A stretch of 64,000 nt of DNA. Origin: Minisyncoccota bacterium. Its GTDB lineage: Bacteria; Patescibacteriota; Minisyncoccia; Phycocordibacterales; JBAYGS01. Position 1 is the stretch's first letter. Every line of letters begins with the position of its first letter. The notes under the pieces are model-generated. The model was given only the letters and a program-made list of their open reading frames with translations. It was not told the origin of the DNA and did no database searches. Positions 57,814 through 64,000 of the stretch are shown piece by piece. The position numbers were made by a program, and so were the translations under genes. Location of the stretch: assembly GCA_041666545.1 (NCBI GenBank), contig JBAYGS010000002.1:6065-70064 (forward strand). Reading direction: 5' to 3'.

Positions 57814-58710
57814 TTACAAGGAACTAATGAAACTGTCGAGCATCTCCCAGTTCTGCCAAACTGCTTCATCTCTGCGTCTAGCCAAGGTTCGGATTTCAAT
57901 GCAGAGGCGATTATTGTAGCGCCTGAGCCTAAAGTTCCACCAAACCGAGCGGAGGAACAAGTCGATATCTTGGTCGGCTTTCTCAAATGGCACCAACTTG
58001 CCATTTACAACTACTTCATGCTTGGCCAATTTATCCACGTAGTCTTCAATCGACTCCGGTCTCACTACTCCGTACCGATCAGACCGGTATCCGGCCTTTG
58101 AAGTGGCGATATATTTTCGCCAAAGTTCCTCCTGAGGATAAGGATTAGATTCGAGAATGTGTGGCCTGAATTCGGCCAAACTGTTGATGAGCCGGATCGC
58201 ATGATTCGGGTCGTTTGCTTCAATAGTAAACTGTACCGAAGCGGTTCTGGCGAGTAGGGCGAGTGATTCTCGTCCATCGAGCTTAAGCCACGAAGCATCT
58301 CTTTCATCTGGGATGATCAAAAGATCCTCGTCTGTCTCAATGATGGGCTGAGGCAGAGGATAGATGCCGTAGCGTCTCGTGACTCGATATAGCTCTTGGA
58401 TTGTCCTCAGTGGAGGCGAATAGGCACATGTGTGAGTAACTGGCAAAGTGGCCAGTTCGATATTTTGCCGGCCGAGTTCATAGAGCAACTTGTTGCCGTC
58501 TTTGGTAATTTCAGCAATAAGTTGACCTTTAGTTTTACTCAGCGACCAACCTTGCGAAATTAATCTCTTAAATATCGCTTGGGAGGCGGCCAGGGTAATC
58601 GGTTGCGAGGCTCCATCCACGAAGTGCGTCTCAATTTCGGCGCCGACGAAACATCGCCGGTCCGTCTCGAGCCCTTTGGTGAAGTAATCTAACAGGTCCG
58701 GCTTCTTCAT
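57814..58710 (-). CDS. Carboxylate-amine ligase-like (GCS2/YbdK-like, tentative)
   Basis: GAEIETHFVD N-terminal motif. Start taken at MKKPDLL. Confidence 0.45.
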   Translation of the reverse strand: MKKPDLLDYFTKGLETDRRCFVGAEIETHFVDGASQPITLAASQAIFKRLISQGWSLSKTKGQLIAEITKDGNKLLYELGRQNIELATLPVTHTCAYSPPLRTIQELYRVTRRYGIYPLPQPIIETDEDLLIIPDERDASWLKLDGRESLALLARTASVQFTIEANDPNHAIRLINSLAEFRPHILESNPYPQEELWRKYIATSKAGYRSDRYGVVRPESIEDYVDKLAKHEVVVNGKLVPFEKADQDIDLFLRSVWWNFRLRRYNNRLCIEIRTLARRRDEAVWQNWEMLDSFISSL

Positions 58711-58825
58711 TGCTGATCCTTTCAAGGAACTATGTTGGTTGTCTACTTTAGGTTGAGCCAGGCCAGACAAAATAGCCCTCTCCAAGGTTGGAGAGGGCTA
58801 TTTTCATTTTTTAAATGCAAAAATG

Positions 58826-59170
58826 TTAAGACAACCCCCTCCCGGCTTGGATAGAGTTGTGATGATGGATTCGACCGATAACAGTTTTGTAGCCGCGACC
58901 CTTACCTTTGAGCCACTTGGCGACTCGGGAAATTGTGGCCGAGCTTAAGCCGGTGCGTTCCTCGATAGCGGAATAAAAGGCCCCATTGGAGAGCATCTCG
59001 GCAGCCAAAAAACGCTTGGCAAATTCTTCGATTTCGGATTCAGTAAGCAGGTCGCGCAAAAAACGCTCGGTTTCGTCTCCGGTTTTTAGTGCCAAGATGG
59101 CTTTGACCAGTTGCTTATATTCGGTTGTATTCCAATCGACTTTTTTCATATTTGATCTGATAAGTACCAC
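58826..59170 (-). CDS. TrpR-like protein (YerC/YecD family)
   Basis: 114 aa. ...SATISRVAKWLKGKGRGYK. Confidence 0.65.
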   Translation of the reverse strand: MVLIRSNMKKVDWNTTEYKQLVKAILALKTGDETERFLRDLLTESEIEEFAKRFLAAEMLSNGAFYSAIEERTGLSSATISRVAKWLKGKGRGYKTVIGRIHHHNSIQAGRGLS

Positions 59171-59671
59171 TTTAGTCTAGTAAAGCGCTTTAGTCAAGTA
59201 AAGTGGAAGTTCGGGTGTGGATAAGTGAAAAATATAAGAGTAAGCAAAGATAAATGAGAAATGAGATACAGGAGGCGGTGATAGGCCCGAGGAATCAATT
59301 TTTTAGATTTTGAGGGCAATTAAAAACCGCCCGAGACTTGTTTTGTGGGCTGTCCAAAATAAGTCTCGGGCGGGTGAGGGAAGTTAACTTCGCAAGATCA
59401 GGCCGAAGGCGACTCCGACCCAGAACTGCCAAGATAACTTCTTAAAGACCGTACTCACGATTTTCTTACTGCGAGCGCTGTACGCCCCACCACAACCGAA
59501 GGCTTTGGCGAAGAAGTAGCCGGCGCCCCACAACAAGAGGGTCGTGAGTAGGAAGGAAAGAACAACGGGAGAGTTAGCGTTCATGTCTACCTACATTATA
59601 GCAAAAAATGGAGCTTTTGTCAACTAACCTAGTAAGTAAAAAGGGCGCCCGGAGGGCGCCCTTGGAAATGC

Positions 59672-60637
59672 TTAGGAAAGACTGGCCATTTTGGCCAAAT
59701 GAGCGGCCACGATCGGATCAGTGATGTCTCGGAGTTCTTGCCAAGTGAGACGTGTGCCGGTTAGTCGGGGTGAGCCACCGATAAGACTTGAGCCACTCCA
59801 TCGGCTTCCTTCCGTCAGTCCCTCGGCCTGGTTGTAGGCTTCATAAAGTTCTTCAACCGGGAAGGGAGTGTACTGTGAGCGACGACCAACCGAGACCACA
59901 TGCTTACCGTCAGGTCGCATTGCTACAAAACTGATGCAGGCGCACATACCCTGATTGAAGAGATGCTTTCGGGCTGTAGTGCCGCCTATTTCACGAATGA
60001 TTTTGTAATACGGAGAGTTGTGCAGAATGTCACAGCGCAGGTCCGGTTCAATTTGCCCAGCCTGACCCATCATGAGATCGGTGATGCGACTCATCACGGC
60101 AAGCAGGTTGTCGTGGAGAGTCTGAGGCCCAGCCTTAGCCAATTCGCCAGACCTTCGCAAGTTGGTGTAGGGTTCGAAGACCCAGAAGCATTGTTTCGCT
60201 AAGTCGCTATCCAAATCAAGTGGGTAGGCACCACCAGTGATGTCCCACTTACTACTTAGGTTGAGTAGGCGGCTTATTGGCGGTACTGTTCTTGTCCCCT
60301 CAAGCAGTTTATGGTTGACGAGTTGCCAAGTCGCGAGGGAAGTGTCTTCATCGGTGTCGTTGAAGTAGATCTGGCCCTGTGGTTCGCCGTTGACCGCTAA
60401 GGCCTCCATCAAACCGGTCTTAATGGCAATCTCAACCTGCATGGCGGTTGACATGGTCGCGTCGCGCACGACGCCATGATGGTGATCAAAATTAAAGTGC
60501 AGAGTTTTTGGATCAAAACAAGGCGGGCCCTTGACCATTCCGTCTAAGGCGATTGACCGTGCCGGTGTGTTTGCTACGAACTCCGGCCAGGTCATTTCCT
60601 GTCTCGGCAAAGCTATCAGTTTAAAGGATCTGTTCAT
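59672..60637 (-). CDS. Hypothetical protein
   Basis: 321 aa ORF, moderately GC-rich. No motif identified. Confidence 0.45.
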   Translation of the reverse strand: MNRSFKLIALPRQEMTWPEFVANTPARSIALDGMVKGPPCFDPKTLHFNFDHHHGVVRDATMSTAMQVEIAIKTGLMEALAVNGEPQGQIYFNDTDEDTSLATWQLVNHKLLEGTRTVPPISRLLNLSSKWDITGGAYPLDLDSDLAKQCFWVFEPYTNLRRSGELAKAGPQTLHDNLLAVMSRITDLMMGQAGQIEPDLRCDILHNSPYYKIIREIGGTTARKHLFNQGMCACISFVAMRPDGKHVVSVGRRSQYTPFPVEELYEAYNQAEGLTEGSRWSGSSLIGGSPRLTGTRLTWQELRDITDPIVAAHLAKMASLS

Positions 60638-60750
60638 AATCTATTCCTTTCTTGACTCAAAATACTTGAAATAGGTGAAAAGTCAACGCCAGTTGACTTT
60701 TCACCCAAATTTGATATAATCCGCGAAGAAACCTCAAAAAAGGAAGTACT

Positions 60751-61710
60751 ATGAAATATTCAGAATTGTCTGAATCTGGCAGGTCAGATCTCGAGCAAGT
60801 CAATCTCTACAAATTAGCGATGGATGTGGCCAAGATTCTTGACGGCCCCGATTTTACCGGTTTTGCTGGTGAGAAGGCTGGCGACTACGAGAAGCGACGC
60901 GCCGCTGACGAGCGAATCAAGTTTTTTGACTTGTTTTGCGCCGTCTTCACTAAAGCTGGTTTACCCCTTCCGCCATTTGAGCCGATTTTTGTGGAGGAGT
61001 TTCAGGACGAACCTTCGGAGAAGATTCGTACGGTGATGGAGCGGCTTACCACCGAGATTGATAAATTGGCACCGAAAGCTCGTAAGCTTGACGAAGTGTT
61101 GATTGCGGGAATTGCCGGACTTTTCGCATCCTTTCCGCATCTTTGCTCCGATTACGGTTCGGTCAGCGGGGCCGATTTGCTCCGGCTCGTTAACAGGCTT
61201 TTGATTCTGAATGACCTGAAGCCGATCCGGCCTGATTATTCTGATTGGAAGCCCGGTCCGGCTCTCGCCATGTCGAACACCTCGCAACCAGTTCGGGTCC
61301 TCATCTTTGACGATGACCGTACCGAAATTGCCAGAACTCTTGTCGGGTTGGTAGGCTGGCCTGGTTTGGACTTGGTGTCATTGCAATATCGTCCAGGCGT
61401 AGGTAGTCGCCGTGGTGATGTTGATGCCAAAGTGGCCGCGATGCAAAAAGCAGCCGAGTCCGTCATCGCACTTGATCCGGATGTGGTTTTGATGGATCAA
61501 GGTCTTGTTGATTTTGAAGGGTCGCAACTGATCCCTGTCATTCGACAGATTGCGACGAAGGAAATCATCTTTGTTGCCAACACTGGCGGCGAGGACGTTG
61601 ATTTGCGACGGGCAGGGGCTTACCCCAACTGCGGGAAAGGCCAAAAACTGGATGGCCTACGTGGTGCCCTGCATTCAATTCGGACGGCGGCTCAGTTGTC
61701 GGCGCTTTGA
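60751..61710 (+). CDS. Hypothetical protein with C-terminal receiver-like domain
   Basis: VRVLIFDDD...VVLMDQGL...K pattern in the last about 120 aa. GC-rich. Confidence 0.45.
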   Translation: MKYSELSESGRSDLEQVNLYKLAMDVAKILDGPDFTGFAGEKAGDYEKRRAADERIKFFDLFCAVFTKAGLPLPPFEPIFVEEFQDEPSEKIRTVMERLTTEIDKLAPKARKLDEVLIAGIAGLFASFPHLCSDYGSVSGADLLRLVNRLLILNDLKPIRPDYSDWKPGPALAMSNTSQPVRVLIFDDDRTEIARTLVGLVGWPGLDLVSLQYRPGVGSRRGDVDAKVAAMQKAAESVIALDPDVVLMDQGLVDFEGSQLIPVIRQIATKEIIFVANTGGEDVDLRRAGAYPNCGKGQKLDGLRGALHSIRTAAQLSAL

Positions 61711-61769
61711 ACCGAGCTTGCCCCACACGCATGTGCGCGTGTGGGGCTTTTTTATGCTACGATTTGGTT

Positions 61770-62564
61770 ATGGAAAAGAAAAAGATGACTAGAACAAAGG
61801 AATCAGGGACTTCTTGGAGTCAGGTTGCAAATTGGTATGACCAAGTTCTTAATGATCCGGACTCTTATCAAAGCCAAGTGATTTGGCCTAATTTGAAGAG
61901 GATATTGGGAGAGGTCAAAGGACAGAAGATGTTAGATTTGGCCTGTGGTCAAGGATTTTTTTCATTTGAAATCGCCAAACTGGGCGCTTCGGTTGTGGGG
62001 GTGGACATCTCTTCAGAACTAATTAAAAAGGCGCAGATGGAAAGTGAAAAGGCTAATCTAGGAATTGATTTTCAGGTGGCGCCGGCCGATAAACTGGATT
62101 TTCTTCCGGCCGGACTTTTTGATACGGTGGTAATGGTGCTCGCGGCGCAAAATATCAAGGAGCTGGATCGAGTTTTTGTCGAATGTGCCCGGGTTCTCAA
62201 AAAGTCCGGCCGCCTCATCTTGATTCTAAATCACCCGGCTTTTCGAGTGCCTCAGTTCTCTGATTGGCATTTCAATGAACTTACTAAAGTTCAGGGTCGA
62301 ATAGTTGATAAGTATTTATCCGAAGCACAGATTGAGATTAAGACCCATCCTGGTCGGGAGAACAGTTCGCAAACAATCTCTTTTCACAGGCCACTTCAAG
62401 TTTATTTCAAGTGGCTCGCTAAAAATAGTTTTGCCGTAGTTCGGCTGGAAGAGTGGATTTCTCATAAGAAGAGCCAGCCGAGTGCTTTGCGCGTAGTCGC
62501 CGAGGACAAAGCCCGGAAAGAAATCCCAATGTTTATGTGTTTGGAAGCTAAGTTGTTAAATTAA
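61770..62564 (+). CDS. Class I SAM-dependent methyltransferase
   Basis: MLDLACGQGFFS (motif I), VGVDIS and DTVV motifs. Confidence 0.75.
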   Translation: MEKKKMTRTKESGTSWSQVANWYDQVLNDPDSYQSQVIWPNLKRILGEVKGQKMLDLACGQGFFSFEIAKLGASVVGVDISSELIKKAQMESEKANLGIDFQVAPADKLDFLPAGLFDTVVMVLAAQNIKELDRVFVECARVLKKSGRLILILNHPAFRVPQFSDWHFNELTKVQGRIVDKYLSEAQIEIKTHPGRENSSQTISFHRPLQVYFKWLAKNSFAVVRLEEWISHKKSQPSALRVVAEDKARKEIPMFMCLEAKLLN

Positions 62565-62683
62565 TATTACTCTGACTAAATAAAGGGGCGAGTGGGGCGA
62601 TGGAGGAGTCGCCACGATGGCAATGGGGTTTGCCAAAGTCGGACCAAGACAAGGATTCAGGCCAAAAGTGATATAATTTTGCT

Positions 62684-63079
62684 ATGTCGGCTTACTCTTG
62701 GTATTCACAACTCATCAAACCCTCGTGGGCGCCACCTTCATGGCTTTTTGGCCCAGTTTGGACTTTTCTCTATGTTCTAATCGCAATTTCCTATGGCACA
62801 GTTTTCTATAAAGTTTTTACTAAGCAATTACCGGCTATTGTTGCTTTGCCTTTTGTCCTCAATCTGATTTTTAATTTCGCTTTTACGCCAATCCAATTTG
62901 GTCTCCAAAATAATTATTTGGGAGCAGCCGACATTTTATTGGTACTCGGAACTTTGATTTGGGCCATGATTGTGATTTATCCACATTTTAAGTGGATTAC
63001 TTATCTTCAAATTCCATACTTAGTTTGGGTTCTATTTGCAACAGCTTTGCAACTTACCATAACCTTTCTCAATCGTTAG
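62684..63079 (+). CDS. TspO/MBR family protein
   Basis: LIKPSWAPPSWLFGPVWTFLY signature. 131 aa. Confidence 0.75.
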   Translation: MSAYSWYSQLIKPSWAPPSWLFGPVWTFLYVLIAISYGTVFYKVFTKQLPAIVALPFVLNLIFNFAFTPIQFGLQNNYLGAADILLVLGTLIWAMIVIYPHFKWITYLQIPYLVWVLFATALQLTITFLNR

Positions 63080-63117
63080 GCTTTCTATTTGGCTCAAAAT
63101 GGGATACTCTATGGGCC

Positions 63118-64000
63118 CATGGCTCAAGATGAAGTAATATTTCGATTCGAAGATGTCAGTTTTGAATATGGTCACAACAAACCCATCCTAGATGAGGTCA
63201 ATTGCTCTGTTCGTCGTGGTTCAAAAATCACGATTATGGGGCAAAATGGCGCCGGTAAAACTACGATTTTTGGTTTAATTTCCGGAGTCTTGAAGCCGGA
63301 ATCCGGCAAAGTCGTTGTCGGTAATGGCGTGACTATCGCCGTTTCTAGACAGGTGGTGCCGCGCGACGAACTTGAGCTTTCCGTTCGGGAGTTTTTCCTA
63401 AAATGTTTTCCTAAAAAAATTTATGATATTGATCCCAGGATTGATGCGGTGCTTGAGGTTGTAAACCTGAAAGGTCATACCAAAGTTCATGATCGAATCA
63501 TTAAAAGTTTTTCCGGTGGCCAGCAGGCTCGGCTACTTTTGGCTTCAGCTTTAATCCAAAATCCAGATCTTTTGCTTTTGGATGAGCCGACTAATAATTT
63601 AGATAAAGCCGGCATCCTTCATCTGACCGAATTTCTCAAAAATTATGAGAAGACAGTTATTGTAATTTCTCACGATGCCGAGTTTCTTAATGCTTTTTCA
63701 ACCGGTGTGCTTTACTTGGATATCTTTACTCGCCAGCTGGAACAGTATGTGGGCAATTATTTTGACGTGGCCGAGCAGATTACTGCTCGGGTGGAAAAAG
63801 AAAATCGCAAAAATGCCCAGCTGGCCAAGGAAATTCAAGAGAACAAAGACAAGGCCAACTTTTTTGCCAACAAAGGTGGCCAGATGCGCTTGGTAGCCAA
63901 GCGGATGCGAGAGAAAGCTGAGGAACTTGAGGAGTCCAAGGTTGACATCAGGCGCGAGGATAAAACTATCCGCCCTTTCACCATCCCGACTCAATCGGAT
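63118..64000 (+). CDS. ABC-F family ATPase (3' partial; runs off the window end)
   Basis: GQNGAGKTT Walker A, FSGGQQARL signature, LLLDEPTNNLD Walker B, followed by the coiled linker typical of ABC-F. Confidence 0.8.

Overview
This 64 kb window reads like a compact, gene-dense segment of a small-genome bacterium. The gene set and style look like Patescibacteria/CPR (inference only, no database search): many short proteins, a large type IV pilus cluster, ligA, gatCA, ftsEX, pyrG, prfB, several tRNAs that do not encode CCA, and frequent extended -10 boxes (TGcTATAAT) only 6-9 nt before the ATG, which implies leaderless mRNAs. Genes are mostly on the + strand and GC is roughly 45%. A few islands are AT-rich (11.4-12.0 kb, 14.5-15.2 kb, 16.8-17.2 kb, 21.4-22.1 kb) and a few are GC-rich (25.5-27.5 kb, 34.0-36.0 kb, 51.6-52.3 kb, 60.7-61.7 kb).

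Main content:
- 1-9.4 kb: a complete T4aP-like locus. It comprises pilB (5' partial), a CheY-like REC gene, pilT, pilC, a major pilin, two further pilins (one with a Ca-binding TSP3-repeat tail), prepilin peptidase pilD, three minor pilins and a PilX-like pilin.
- 14.5-22.1 kb: a tRNA-rich accessory stretch. tRNA-fMet and tRNA-Thr(GGU) each carry a small group I intron in the anticodon loop. Each sits next to an AT-rich paralogous gene encoding an HTH plus LAGLIDADG-like domain. tRNA-Met and tRNA-Asp are each followed by inverted and then direct copies of their own 3' ends.
- Housekeeping and accessory genes in the remainder of the window: histidine phosphatases, a P-type ATPase whose CPC motif reads CAD, prfB, maf, dcd, a P-loop kinase-CYTH fusion, ftsEX, pyrG, MFS and EamA transporters, a mannose-related cluster (HAD, cupin, two tandem double GH130-like proteins), a GIY-YIG protein, an Nramp-like transporter, an FAD oxidase, a glycosyltransferase fusion, TspO, and an ABC-F ATPase (3' partial).

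Most interesting unexplained signals:
1. Two copies of a conserved structured leader RNA. Each has promoter, conserved hairpins, intrinsic terminator, then ORF. They sit upstream of nucleotide-metabolism genes and are a candidate novel riboswitch or attenuator.
2. Families of 7-mer and 8-mer tandem DNA repeats. Some are embedded in frame in pilin leader peptides and in gatA. Others directly abut start codons.
3. The group I intron tRNAs with their adjacent LAGLIDADG-like genes, and the tRNA 3'-end repeat scars.
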